Virus record (IMG/VR): IMGVR_UViG_3300045988_151230
Reading direction: 5' to 3' (one strand)
DNA length: 64,000 bases
Source: a virus
Taxonomy: Duplodnaviria; Heunggongvirae; Uroviricota; Caudoviricetes
Shown here: piece after piece, positions 29,512 to 39,239 of the stretch
How the letters are laid out: each line of letters starts with the position of its first letter
Numbering within the stretch: position 1 is the first letter of the stretch
Position numbers and translations under genes: made by a program
The notes under the pieces: generated by a model
The model's input: the letters and a program-made list of their open reading frames with translations, nothing else
The model's database searches: none
Told to the model about the DNA's origin: nothing

Positions 29512-30606
29512 ATGTCCACAAAAAATAAAAAAGGTAAAAATAACAAAGAAGTAGAAGATAACATCGACAACTTTGAAGAAGGTTCCCTTGAATTGTACAC
29601 AGGGGAACTTGTCCCTAATAGCAACAATACAGTCCAACCAATTGCGTTGATGCGACTGGGGTTGTTCGTCCCCACGCTTAAGGGAACAAAATACAGTAAA
29701 CGTAACAAGCCAAATGAGATCGATGCTTCAAAGGAGCTTGTCCAGCTCGAAGTAGCCCGTTCTGAAGGCTATTCCGATATCAAGATAACCGGTCCTCGTC
29801 TCGACATGGATCATGATTTCAAAACGTGGGTGGGCGTTGTGCGTTCGCTGGCAGAATACGGCGAACCTAACGGTCGTGTCGAGTTAAGCATCACGAAATT
29901 TGCTAAGTTTTGTGGCTATCCATCGTCACAGATCCGCAAAACACTCCGCGACCGGCTTACAAACAGTCTTTTGAAGATCATGCGTACAACTCTGTCTTTC
30001 CAGAGAACGTATGAAGAAAAGAACGTCGACGGCTCTAACAAGATCTCGCTTCTGATGGTGCACCTCATCAATAGCGTGGACTACAACGAGCAGAAAGATA
30101 CGGTGGTGTTCTATGCAGAACCGAAGCTGGCCGAACTATATCGCTTTGACCATAAGGTTCTTTTGCAGTTAAAGGTTATCAATAAGCTACCACGCAAAGA
30201 AACAGCACAGGCTCTGTACACCTTCATCGAAAGTCTTCCAACCAAGCCTGCGCCGGTATCGCTTGCTCGATTGCGTGCGCGACTCAATTTGAGTAGCAGG
30301 AATGTCAGCTCGCAGAATCAGACTATACGTAACGGCTTAAAAGCTCTCCAAGATTTGGGCTATCTCGAATACAGCGAGATTAAGCGTGGGCGGTCGATCT
30401 ATATCCAGATTCACAGCCGCAATCCAAAACTCAAAGTCGCACCGCCAAAACCTGAAGACATCGAACCCAAAAAACCAGATGAGAAAGCTGGGGAAATTGA
30501 TGCCAAACAGAACATTATCAACAAGATAACCGAACTTTCGCAGAATTTGACGCCTGAAAATATCAAGATGATTGAGATCCTTTCCAATAGTCTCAAACTG
30601 CTTTGA
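29512..30606 (+). CDS. repA: iteron-type plasmid replication initiator
   Basis: 364-aa plus-strand ORF flanked by matching iterons on both sides; start moved to MSTKNKK downstream of the iterons. Confidence 0.7.
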   Translation: MSTKNKKGKNNKEVEDNIDNFEEGSLELYTGELVPNSNNTVQPIALMRLGLFVPTLKGTKYSKRNKPNEIDASKELVQLEVARSEGYSDIKITGPRLDMDHDFKTWVGVVRSLAEYGEPNGRVELSITKFAKFCGYPSSQIRKTLRDRLTNSLLKIMRTTLSFQRTYEEKNVDGSNKISLLMVHLINSVDYNEQKDTVVFYAEPKLAELYRFDHKVLLQLKVINKLPRKETAQALYTFIESLPTKPAPVSLARLRARLNLSSRNVSSQNQTIRNGLKALQDLGYLEYSEIKRGRSIYIQIHSRNPKLKVAPPKPEDIEPKKPDEKAGEIDAKQNIINKITELSQNLTPENIKMIEILSNSLKLL

Positions 30607-30723
30607 TATGCTGTCAGCGGTGAAATGTATGCTATCAGCGGCTATTTTTCTGAAAAGTATGCTGTGAACGGTTAAAGATATGCTACCAGCGGTATAGTGA
30701 GATGAACGTATGCTGTGAGCGGT
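30607..30723. repeat. iteron array downstream of repA, cluster 1 (five copies)
   Basis: Copies of (T)ATGCT(G/A)(T/C)(C/G)A(G/A)CGG(T/C) starting at the repA stop. Confidence 0.75.
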
Positions 30724-30882
30724 AAATCATCTATCACCACTCAATGCTCTGTCATACCTCCCCAGTGGTTACTAACCTCGAAGAGTGCATTCCATATAGG
30801 TTTGCGCTCACTAACATTCTATTGCTATTGCGCTGATTGCTTGTAGTGAAAGGCATTTATTGCCTGCTACTCCCTGATAGAA

Positions 30883-31137
30883 CGTATGCTGTCAGCGGTG
30901 TTTTATTGAGGAATTTTTGTTTGGATATGCTATCAGCGGTAATTAATGGCATATGTCAGACATTCGTATGCTGCCAGCGGTAATTTTGTTCTGGTTATAC
31001 CCATACCGGTACACATTATTCATGCAATGTCTTAAGTATGCTGTCAGCGGTAAAAAATCGAGTAAAGTATGCTGTGAGCGGTGAGATAGACTCTCGATAT
31101 GCTATCAGCGGTAGTTGATTGTGTATGCTGTCAGCGG
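30883..31137. repeat. iteron array downstream of repA, cluster 2 (seven copies)
   Basis: Copies at 30883, 30924, 30965, 31035, 31065, 31096, 31121. Confidence 0.75.
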
Positions 31138-31185
31138 TGACGACTATGAAATATGACTGCGGAACGTGCCGCAGTCAGTTTGCAT

Positions 31186-31398
31186 TTAGTGTATTTTCTT
31201 TAACAGACCCCAAAGTGTTCCGGCTTTTGTAGTCAGTTTTCCTGTTTCTGGATCGTACATACGCCATTCACGCCGCTGGTGGACGATATACCCATCTTCA
31301 CGTTCCAGACGCTCAAGAATGCCAGGCTGCTTGAAACCCTTAGCACGCCAGTAGCCGCTTGTTTTCTCGATTTCCAGACCTGCCAGTGTTAATGCCAT
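31186..31398 (-). CDS. hypothetical small protein
   Basis: 70-aa ORF. Confidence 0.4.
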   Translation of the reverse strand: MALTLAGLEIEKTSGYWRAKGFKQPGILERLEREDGYIVHQRREWRMYDPETGKLTTKAGTLWGLLKKIH

Positions 31399-31733
31399 TA
31401 CCCAACCTCCTTGCAGTCATCGAAAAGGTAGCTTTGCTGAGAAGCGTGAACGCCATAGAAGCCCTTGTATTTGTTGTATACGAAGTGGTCTTCTCCGACG
31501 CCGGTTAATTTGCCATTACGATTTGTGAGATATGGGGATGACAACACTCGATCGTCACGCACAACATAGAACTGGTCGCCGCTGTCTACGACCATCGCTC
31601 CATATGGTGCTTTTATGACGTCGGTAAGAGCGCCATTCTTAACGTCGGCTACAGACATTTCACACTGATAAACAGTGGTGTCGGCCACAACGATCGAAGA
31701 AAGAAACAACAGCGCGAATGGGATGGTCTTCAT
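31398..31733 (-). CDS. secreted protein with N-terminal signal peptide
   Basis: MKTIPFALLFLSSIVVADTTV signal-like N-terminus. Confidence 0.45.
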   Translation of the reverse strand: MKTIPFALLFLSSIVVADTTVYQCEMSVADVKNGALTDVIKAPYGAMVVDSGDQFYVVRDDRVLSSPYLTNRNGKLTGVGEDHFVYNKYKGFYGVHASQQSYLFDDCKEVG

Positions 31734-31948
31734 GCTGCCACCTCTTTGATTACATCAAATGCTGAATTAAATACGAGCACGATAGCCAAAGCGTTTATGA
31801 CTACGTCGTGCACCGGGGAAAAGACTTTACGAATGACACCAGTGAAAATGCAGTCGATGACAAAAGCTATTGAAACGATGAGTAACAAGTATTCAATAAA
31901 AATCTTCATGATAGGTAGATACTAACTTATATAAACTTTACTGTAAAC

Positions 31949-32224
31949 TCACTCAAAAGTGCTGATGCTTAAAATACGCTCAAGATGTTCAGCATCTTCA
32001 TTACTGATTTGTTGAGTCTCTTCTACGTACCAACAGTTGCCGTTATGCCAACAAACACCATCATCATCAACCATCACTGAATCAGCGTCATGACCTGTAT
32101 ATTCAACAAGAGTACGCTGGATCAGCGCGTCAGTTTCTTCATCGTTAAGGCCATCGACTTTGACCATTAAAAGCGGAAACACGTCATAGACAGTGCTGGT
32201 AACGATTCGAACTAAAACTCTCAT
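31949..32224 (-). CDS. hypothetical small protein
   Basis: 91-aa ORF with the recurring leader. Confidence 0.4.
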   Translation of the reverse strand: MRVLVRIVTSTVYDVFPLLMVKVDGLNDEETDALIQRTLVEYTGHDADSVMVDDDGVCWHNGNCWYVEETQQISNEDAEHLERILSISTFE

Positions 32225-32279
32225 GTGTTTTTCCTTTTGTGGTTAGTGTTTACTTATTTTGTTAGTTATGAATAGGCGA

Positions 32280-32705
32280 TCAATCTTCTTGGTTAGGGAA
32301 AAACTGTTCAATAACTCTGTCAACGGCTGTGTCTATATGGAGTAGATGCCACACAACCATATCTTTGCTTCCCATGCCTTGTGTGAATATCACGTCATAC
32401 TTACGCCATGCGCAGTGGAACCAATATGCTGAGTCATCAATTGGTAAATCCTCTCCCGCCTCTTTGAAGTATTTCAGCAGCATTGCCTGCTCTGCCGTTG
32501 GCGTTGGACCTATTTCCTGAGCGTACATACGGATGAATCGCTGCCAGTCTGTCTCGTCGGGGGTTGGATCTGGTGGGGTCATTTCTGCGATAGCGTTTCG
32601 TAGCTGATGCGCCCAATCAGGTTCAGGAAAGCCTTTTGCTACTTCATCATCAATAACATCCAGAGCCACGTTTGCGGCATCGTAGAGTTTCTTAATAACT
32701 GTCAT
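32280..32705 (-). CDS. hypothetical protein
   Basis: 141-aa ORF; recurring upstream palindrome. Confidence 0.45.
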   Translation of the reverse strand: MTVIKKLYDAANVALDVIDDEVAKGFPEPDWAHQLRNAIAEMTPPDPTPDETDWQRFIRMYAQEIGPTPTAEQAMLLKYFKEAGEDLPIDDSAYWFHCAWRKYDVIFTQGMGSKDMVVWHLLHIDTAVDRVIEQFFPNQED

Positions 32706-32719
32706 GTTTTCTTATCCTT

Positions 32720-32739
32720 TTAAACAAATTGTTTTCTTA
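32720..32739. promoter_or_regulatory. recurring near-palindromic motif TTAAACAAATTGTTTTCTTA
   Basis: 15 bp upstream of the start at 32705. Confidence 0.45.
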
Positions 32740-32796
32740 ATAAGATAATTGCGATAAAAAAGGCGTCCAACTGGACGCCTGAACTTTTTAGGGGAG

Positions 32797-33627
32797 TTAT
32801 TTCACTGTAATGAAAGGAGTGTTAGCCCCTTGAGTCATGTACTGCGGTAACTGGCCATTCCATTTATTGATGGCTTCCAGTTCCATAACGTTCGGGTTTT
32901 GACGCAGAGCTTCACCGCGCAGACGAATGGCGTCTGCTTCTGCTTGCGCACGAGCACGGATAGCATCAGCTTCACCATTAGCCTGTTCACGTAGCATATT
33001 CGCCTCAGCTTTACGTTGTTCAACTTCCTGCTGACGTTGCAGAGTACGCTGGTTAGCCGTTACTTTGGCGTTGATAGATTCAATGACGGTTTTTGGGTAA
33101 TCAGGCTTTCCAACCCATGACAGGCTCAGTACCTCAATACCAACCGGAGACATCTCTTTCTGAATGTCTTTCAGTGCGTTGTCCAGCAATTGCGCCTTAC
33201 CACCGTCGATAAATGAGTCAGTGGTCATACGGCTGGCCAAACGGTTTAGAGAGTCGGCAATTTTCTGACGCAGATCTGATTCGGTGATATCGTCTACGCC
33301 TTTGCGATAGGTCTGGAACACCGTCGTTACCTTGTCACGATTAACCAGATACGCAACGCCAATTTTGTGACCAATAGCAGTACCGTCACTCATCTGGAAT
33401 GTGAACGGTTCGTCGTAGGTCTTCATTTGTTTGAAGGTCGGGAATACGTAAAGTTCGGTGTTAAGACCTGTCCATTGGCGACCAACGCCAACCACTTCAC
33501 CGATCCCTTTGTCTTCACCTAATTTGTTTACTTTGATGCCAACGTATCCAGGCTCCACGCGATCACAGCCAGTAAGACCCATTGTGCAAATAGCCGCCAG
33601 AGCAACTGCAAGTAAACCTTTCTTCAT
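32797..33627 (-). CDS. SPFH (band 7/prohibitin) domain lipoprotein
   Basis: Lipobox LTGC after a signal peptide; C-terminal QRKAEANMLREQANGEADAIRARAQAEADAIRLRGEAL coiled region typical of SPFH proteins. Confidence 0.65.
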   Translation of the reverse strand: MKKGLLAVALAAICTMGLTGCDRVEPGYVGIKVNKLGEDKGIGEVVGVGRQWTGLNTELYVFPTFKQMKTYDEPFTFQMSDGTAIGHKIGVAYLVNRDKVTTVFQTYRKGVDDITESDLRQKIADSLNRLASRMTTDSFIDGGKAQLLDNALKDIQKEMSPVGIEVLSLSWVGKPDYPKTVIESINAKVTANQRTLQRQQEVEQRKAEANMLREQANGEADAIRARAQAEADAIRLRGEALRQNPNVMELEAINKWNGQLPQYMTQGANTPFITVK

Positions 33628-33630
33628 TAC

Positions 33631-33831
33631 TTATTTCCCCTTTGCTTTGATTAATGAGTTGATAAACTTACGACCAGCAATAAGACCGATTACAGGAGCA
33701 CCAAAACCAACGATAACTCCAAACATGACGGCTAAATCACTCTTGGTAGAAATCAGCGACGGAACCAGTAAACCGTAGATGAGAGCCACTGAAAGGCCTG
33801 TGGCTACTGCCAATAGATAGATTTTGATCAT
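33631..33831 (-). CDS. small two-TM membrane protein, candidate partner of the SPFH protein
   Basis: 66-aa hydrophobic ORF immediately upstream and coupled to the SPFH gene. Confidence 0.45.
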   Translation of the reverse strand: MIKIYLLAVATGLSVALIYGLLVPSLISTKSDLAVMFGVIVGFGAPVIGLIAGRKFINSLIKAKGK

Positions 33832-33923
33832 GTGTTTTCCTATGTGGTTGTTATGCGAAAATAATAAGTAAGTACTTATATATTTTCAAGAGATAAAAAA
33901 GGCGTCCTGTGGACGCCTTGTGT

Positions 33924-36263
33924 TTACTCTTCTACTGACTCGGTGGGGTTGTCTTTTGCTCTTCGGTCGTCGATTGCCTGCAAAGCCGCAATGATTTCAG
34001 CCAGTGGCTTCTCCCGATACATCTCGACGATCTGCGATTTGGTGTATTTCTTGTCACCAATTTCAACTCGCCCGCTGGCGTTCTTTGGCAGGTATCCTTC
34101 TTCCAGCATGTACTCGACGAGCGATTCGATAACGTCGAGGCCACGAGTAGGATCGAAGTAGAATTTCCAGGTGCATTTGCCATACGGTGGTGCAACTTTG
34201 TTTTTGATGCATTCTGCGCCTACGTCCTGGCCGATCTTCTCTTTACCATCCTTCATCACCGATGCACCAAGACGGATACGTACAGAAGCGTAGAACTTCG
34301 GTGAATCTCCACCTGGCGACGTAGTAGGGTCGCCAAACATTACACCGATTTTTGTGCGAACCTGATTCAAGAAGATGATGCAGGCGTTGTATTTGCGTGC
34401 CCACAAAGCCAGAGTAGGGAAGTTCGCACTTGTCGCACGAGCCAGTGCCGTATTGTCGTTCATGTTTAGCTGATCTTTGTCTTTGGCAGTGCCTTCAGCC
34501 ATCTTTTCGAACTTCTCGGCTTTGGAGTTCGGAACCATAGACGCAAGTGAGTCAGCCACGATACAGATAGGTGCTGATTCAGGGATAAGCTCTTCATCAC
34601 GTACCAATTTAAGTATTGTGCCGATCAACTCTACAGAGTCTTCGAAGGTGTCAGGCTGCTTGTATACCCACTGACCGTCATCCTCATCTGCGTTCAGGCC
34701 ATTGGCTACAGCCAGGCCAACGTCAAAACTGTTTTCATGATCGAGGAATACCGCCAGACCATCTTGTTTTTGAGCGGAGATCATCGCTGCTGTTGCAAGG
34801 AATGTGTTGTGGCTGATAATCCCGTTAGACCAGAAAGAGTGTGTTTCCGGCATCGCTACGTCGAACGTTGGTGCTTCACCTTCCTCAATAGCCACGACTT
34901 CGTCGTAGAACAAGTTAGAGCCAATTACCGCTGCCAGTTGTGCAAACAGATGCTCGTTAAAACGATTCTTTCTGCCAATGAAGGAGACATAGATTTCTCG
35001 CAGTTTGTCTATTCCGACACGATCGCCGCGGCCAATAACGTGGTCTACCAGAGCGTAGTCTTCACGGGTGGTCTTGGTGAGCGACTCGTAGAGTGATTTC
35101 ACTAAGCCGCTGATGTGCGGAACATAGCCTGAGTAAGTGCGGTCAAAACCAATGTCCCGTTTGGTTGCCACTGATAAACGTGCCGGAGATTCGAAACCAA
35201 TCGTTGACAGAAAAAGGTCGTAATTAGAGCCACTGAATGACAGCCGGTAATATGTATTTTCATAACCCGCGACGTGTTTTTCAGAGATAGTTGACGTAAT
35301 CCCCAGATTCAGGAGCATGAGGCGAATTTGCTGTAGCAGCAGCCCACTCGCGCTCACAACCTCAATGCAGCGACCATCATTGACGTGGCATTCCAGCTCA
35401 AAGTAGCCGCGAAGGAATGCAATTTGAGCCTCGCTATTGGCGCGACGCACACTCAACGGAACCTGCTTGCCAGCAGCTTTCTCATACTCCAGACCATATT
35501 CTTTAAAAAGCAGCGAACGCACCTCTTTGCTAAACAGCACATGGTCTTCCGAGCCGTTATGTTTTCTCGTAACTGGCATCTTGTCTGATACCAGCGAAAT
35601 GAGGCGGTAGTACTCATCCTTGATGAAAGGATCTGTGTTAGAAAAATTCACTGAATTTTCAGAGGCCACGTATCCGTCAGCAATTAAATAGCCCATCAGT
35701 TTTGCGATATTGGCATCCAGGTGCTGATCGCCGAATTGATGTGTGCCAACCATTGAAGGAATCGTGTCGCCTACACTGATTTTTTCAGCATGTCGCCAGA
35801 CGACATTACCTAAGTCGTCAACCACACGGATTGGGTGACGGAACGTAGCCTCGATATAACCGCCTGATGCCAGCTTAATACGCTTGAATTTGCGACGGTT
35901 GTTCCATGTCAGGTGTGAGGTCTTCTCTATCACGCCATTTTCATTGATGAGTCCAACGTTATGCTCTACATCGCGAGTAGTGCATGTCGCTTTGTACCCT
36001 TCAATCTCAAACAACTCTTTCACTGTTACCATTCCACGCTCCGTCAGCAGCATGGTGTCTGCGGTAACACATTTCCCTGCACTTGGAGGACCGAATACTT
36101 CGACGATACGACCACATGGGAAGCCGCCATCGTAACGACCGGAAATAGCTTTGTTTAACGGTGGAAAGCCTGTATCAATCCAATGAGTTACTTTCTGAAT
36201 TTCGTCGTTGCTACCGATTTTCTTTTTCAGAGCAAGTGCCAGTGCGGATTTTCCTTTTGCCAT
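33924..36263 (-). CDS. recA: RecA recombinase interrupted by an intein
   Basis: Exteins align with RecA (GRIVEVFGPPSAGK ... IFLNQVRTKIGVMFGDPTTSPGG ... KNKVAPP); the Walker A is split after GK. Confidence 0.8.
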   Translation of the reverse strand: MAKGKSALALALKKKIGSNDEIQKVTHWIDTGFPPLNKAISGRYDGGFPCGRIVEVFGPPSAGKCVTADTMLLTERGMVTVKELFEIEGYKATCTTRDVEHNVGLINENGVIEKTSHLTWNNRRKFKRIKLASGGYIEATFRHPIRVVDDLGNVVWRHAEKISVGDTIPSMVGTHQFGDQHLDANIAKLMGYLIADGYVASENSVNFSNTDPFIKDEYYRLISLVSDKMPVTRKHNGSEDHVLFSKEVRSLLFKEYGLEYEKAAGKQVPLSVRRANSEAQIAFLRGYFELECHVNDGRCIEVVSASGLLLQQIRLMLLNLGITSTISEKHVAGYENTYYRLSFSGSNYDLFLSTIGFESPARLSVATKRDIGFDRTYSGYVPHISGLVKSLYESLTKTTREDYALVDHVIGRGDRVGIDKLREIYVSFIGRKNRFNEHLFAQLAAVIGSNLFYDEVVAIEEGEAPTFDVAMPETHSFWSNGIISHNTFLATAAMISAQKQDGLAVFLDHENSFDVGLAVANGLNADEDDGQWVYKQPDTFEDSVELIGTILKLVRDEELIPESAPICIVADSLASMVPNSKAEKFEKMAEGTAKDKDQLNMNDNTALARATSANFPTLALWARKYNACIIFLNQVRTKIGVMFGDPTTSPGGDSPKFYASVRIRLGASVMKDGKEKIGQDVGAECIKNKVAPPYGKCTWKFYFDPTRGLDVIESLVEYMLEEGYLPKNASGRVEIGDKKYTKSQIVEMYREKPLAEIIAALQAIDDRRAKDNPTESVEE
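34806..36071 (-). other. intein (about 422 aa) with LAGLIDADG-type homing endonuclease, inserted in the RecA P-loop
   Basis: Starts with Cys after GPPSAGK, ends with His-Asn before Thr; internal LMGYLIADGYVA and FLRGYFELE blocks. Confidence 0.7.
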
Positions 36264-36265
36264 GA

Positions 36266-36538
36266 TCAGGCTCCTTTTGTTTCGTTGATTCGTTTTAAAG
36301 CGGCGGATTCGTCGAATACAATCGCATCGTGATTAAGGAGTCTGGATACACGAGCGAGGATTTTTACGACCTGCTCGCTGACTAATCCAAACTCGCGATC
36401 TGTCGCTTTCATTCCGGCAGCGCCCAGAATTGACGGCAGTGCGATGACAGCGTACTCACCGTGATAAAAGACAATCTCTTTTGCCAGTTGGGTGGGGGTG
36501 GTTGTAGCGCCATTAATAATCGATTTAAGCATTAGCAA
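36266..36538 (-). CDS. hypothetical small protein
   Basis: 90-aa ORF between the flap nuclease and RecA. Confidence 0.4.
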   Translation of the reverse strand: MLMLKSIINGATTTPTQLAKEIVFYHGEYAVIALPSILGAAGMKATDREFGLVSEQVVKILARVSRLLNHDAIVFDESAALKRINETKGA

Positions 36539-37527
36539 TACCTTTCGAATGGAAGAACAAACACTTCAAGGTCTTCAAGGAACGAACGGAAATTCAGCTC
36601 GTAGCACAGTTGCTCGAATGCTTTCACGTCACGATTGCCTTTGATTGTTTCGATTTCGGTAGGCGGAAACTTCGTCTCAATCAGGTTCATTAGCGTGATG
36701 TTTCTCTTGAACGCTTCGAGCATTCGACAGCCTGTTTTCTCGTTGAAGGCATTCTTCGCTAGTTTGTTGAAGGCGGTCTTATGGCGTCCTTTGTCAACCA
36801 CGATTGAGCCGTCGTTGATGCCGCGTACCATCGTTGCGACACTTCCCCATTCATGCAGCAGCTCTTTCGCACCGCCAGCACCAATGCCACCAACACCGCT
36901 AATGTTGTCCGATTTATCGCCTTGTAATGCTTTTGCTTCCAAAAATGCGCGAGGAGTAGCGAATCCTGTCAGCTCCGCAAATTGCTCAAAATTAACCTGC
37001 TTGTTTTTGGCGTCTTCACGCAGGCTTACCCAGCTTACGTTTTCGCGAACTAACTGAAGCCAGTCGCTATCGCCTGTTAACAGATAGATGTGTTCAACGG
37101 TTGGCTGCGCTGCCATGCGGGATACCAGCAGCCCGGCCAGATCATCCGCTTCTGCATCTTTTGCAATGAGTTGGGTAACTCCAAGCGCGGTCATCATTTT
37201 GAGGATGTATGGCTTCTGGATAGCAAAGCCTTCCTTCATCTTTTTCATATCAGGATCGTCGTCGCGATTTGCTTTGTAGTCCGGGTAAAAGTCGCGACGC
37301 TTGTCACTAAATCCATCCCAAAGAATCATAGGTCGGGCATGGAGGATGGAGGCATAACGACGGACGTTCTTAACAAAGCCGAAAGCAGCCTGTACTTCCA
37401 TTTCGCCGTTGTGCAATTTGTCAGATTGTTGGTGGTAATAACCCAGGCTATTGCCATCTACGAAGAGATAATTCACCGGTACATTCCTTCCAAAAAGTAA
37501 GGCGTCCGTAGACGCCTTACTGGTCAC
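36532..37527 (-). CDS. 5'-3' exonuclease / flap endonuclease
   Basis: YLFVDGNSL, EADDLAG, LLTGDSDWLQL, GDKSDNISGVGGIG motifs. Confidence 0.8.
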   Translation of the reverse strand: MTSKASTDALLFGRNVPVNYLFVDGNSLGYYHQQSDKLHNGEMEVQAAFGFVKNVRRYASILHARPMILWDGFSDKRRDFYPDYKANRDDDPDMKKMKEGFAIQKPYILKMMTALGVTQLIAKDAEADDLAGLLVSRMAAQPTVEHIYLLTGDSDWLQLVRENVSWVSLREDAKNKQVNFEQFAELTGFATPRAFLEAKALQGDKSDNISGVGGIGAGGAKELLHEWGSVATMVRGINDGSIVVDKGRHKTAFNKLAKNAFNEKTGCRMLEAFKRNITLMNLIETKFPPTEIETIKGNRDVKAFEQLCYELNFRSFLEDLEVFVLPFERYC

Positions 37528-37536
37528 GTAATGGGA

Positions 37537-38565
37537 TTACAGAGAGTCCAGCTCTCTCAGTAGGTCATCCAGACCTTCATCTTCCGTCGCAGATGCGGCT
37601 GCTACAGATGTCGCTGCGACTGCTTCAGACTCTTTGACTGATACTGCAACGGCAGCGGAACTTGCTTCTGGTTTAAATTCAGTTTCAACGGCACGGAGGA
37701 TTTCTTCATCAACCAGACTGGTTGGTTCAGAAGCTGGGGTGTGAGCGGTAGCTACAGCAGTCGCACCCTCCGTATGACCAGTGACAGAGCCAAATCCAGG
37801 TAGTGCCGCAGCCGATGTTTTCGCGGTTGAGGAAATTGCTGGTGCAGATGCTGCGGCAGTTGGTGCAGCGATGCCAATCAGACGACCCATAGTGCGAACT
37901 GTCGACAGAAGACGAGTTTCATCAGCCTGATTTGCGTATGCGATCAGATCATGCTGGGTATTCCAGAATTTATCTTCGATATCGCCTTTGTAGACTTTAC
38001 GCTTAGGCGAGACGTCATATTTGGTATCGCGACCAGAGCCAGTACGTTTAATCAGGAATGCGTAGCCTTCCTCTTTGCTCAGTGGATTGCCGATATCATC
38101 AGCGATGTCTTCGGTGATTGCTTTGCAGATATCATCGAATACAGTAGACGGCAGCTCGATTAACTGGCATTTCTCAGCATCTGCGAAATCCTCACGAGCA
38201 GAAAGAATGCCGTTGACCAGGTAGCGAGGAGTGGCACGCATTTGACCGATGCGTTCTTCCATTGCTTTGTTACCCTTGTGACGAGCGCGACCTTCCATCA
38301 CCATTTCGCATAGCTGACAAGCGCGACCGTGAGTATGTTGCTCACAAATATAAGCGTTGGTTGCTTCTTTACCTTCCTCGTTCTGATACTTAACGTAGTG
38401 CATACCGAAAGTCTGGAAGAACTTACCGTTTGGGTCGTCTTTATTCGGGAAGATGCGGATATAGTTGACGCCGTCTTTTAAGCGAGTCAGATCAACGTTG
38501 TTACCACGTTTGGCGGCAATGTCTTCACGAGTTTTGTTAAGCAAATCAAGTAATGTCTTAGACAT
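37537..38565 (-). CDS. gp32-like single-stranded DNA-binding protein
   Basis: IRIFP, zinc-ligand block CEQHTHGRACQLC, RYLVNG and acidic C-terminal tail DDLLRELDSL. Confidence 0.6.
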   Translation of the reverse strand: MSKTLLDLLNKTREDIAAKRGNNVDLTRLKDGVNYIRIFPNKDDPNGKFFQTFGMHYVKYQNEEGKEATNAYICEQHTHGRACQLCEMVMEGRARHKGNKAMEERIGQMRATPRYLVNGILSAREDFADAEKCQLIELPSTVFDDICKAITEDIADDIGNPLSKEEGYAFLIKRTGSGRDTKYDVSPKRKVYKGDIEDKFWNTQHDLIAYANQADETRLLSTVRTMGRLIGIAAPTAAASAPAISSTAKTSAAALPGFGSVTGHTEGATAVATAHTPASEPTSLVDEEILRAVETEFKPEASSAAVAVSVKESEAVAATSVAAASATEDEGLDDLLRELDSL

Positions 38566-38647
38566 GTGTTTCTCCTTGTTGTGATTTGGCCGATGGCGCT
38601 ATGCGCGTTGGGCTTTCGTTCATTCGTGGCTCTTTCGAGCTGTTAAA

Positions 38648-38678
38648 TGATAGATCAGTACTTACTTATTATCTATCA
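38648..38678. repeat. AT-rich palindrome TGATAGAT...ATCTATCA around a TACTTACTTA core
   Basis: 8-bp inverted arms; upstream of the SSB gene start. Confidence 0.4.
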
Positions 38679-38682
38679 AAAA

Positions 38683-39114
38683 TCAACGGGGAGTAATAAA
38701 GCGTTCAGAGCCTAATCGCTCTAATTCAACGATGGTCATCTTTGACGCCTGAACGATCATGTCTCGGCGATGCGAAAAGGCGGCGACAGCATGTTTGTAT
38801 ATGTCTGCGATGTGCCGTGCTTCATCCAACTTCTGCCTTTTAGACAGATACTGTGGGTTTGTTTTAACCTTAGCGTCCAGTACAGACTCGTTGAACTTAA
38901 TGCCGTTCATACTCAAGTTCTTACGCTCTGTGTCGTATAGCTTTGCTTCAACAGCTTCAAGGTTAAGTTTTGCCTCTGCGACACTTCTTTCTGCATGAGC
39001 GAGTTTTGAGCCATACTCCATTAAAAGGCGGGGTTGTTTACGCCAGACTTCCTCCAGATTGTCTCGGTCAAACTCGAGATCAGACATTATTTTCTCGTAA
39101 ATATCGGTGATCAT
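38683..39114 (-). CDS. hypothetical protein
   Basis: 143-aa ORF between the DnaE-like and SSB genes. Confidence 0.45.
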   Translation of the reverse strand: MITDIYEKIMSDLEFDRDNLEEVWRKQPRLLMEYGSKLAHAERSVAEAKLNLEAVEAKLYDTERKNLSMNGIKFNESVLDAKVKTNPQYLSKRQKLDEARHIADIYKHAVAAFSHRRDMIVQASKMTIVELERLGSERFITPR

Positions 39115-39239
39115 GTGCTTTCCTTTTTACTTATCATCTTATATTGATTATATCATTGTGATGATAAGGCAAGGAGTTCGAGGATAGGGGATATGAGGGG
39201 ATAAGAGAAAACATGGCCATAGAGGCCATGTTTATTGGA

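Noticed and set aside
29391-31137. Possible CRISPR array, given the regularly repeated 15-mers
   Set aside because: Repeats are short, variably spaced (5-55 bp) and flank a replication-initiator gene; there are no cas genes, so they are iterons.
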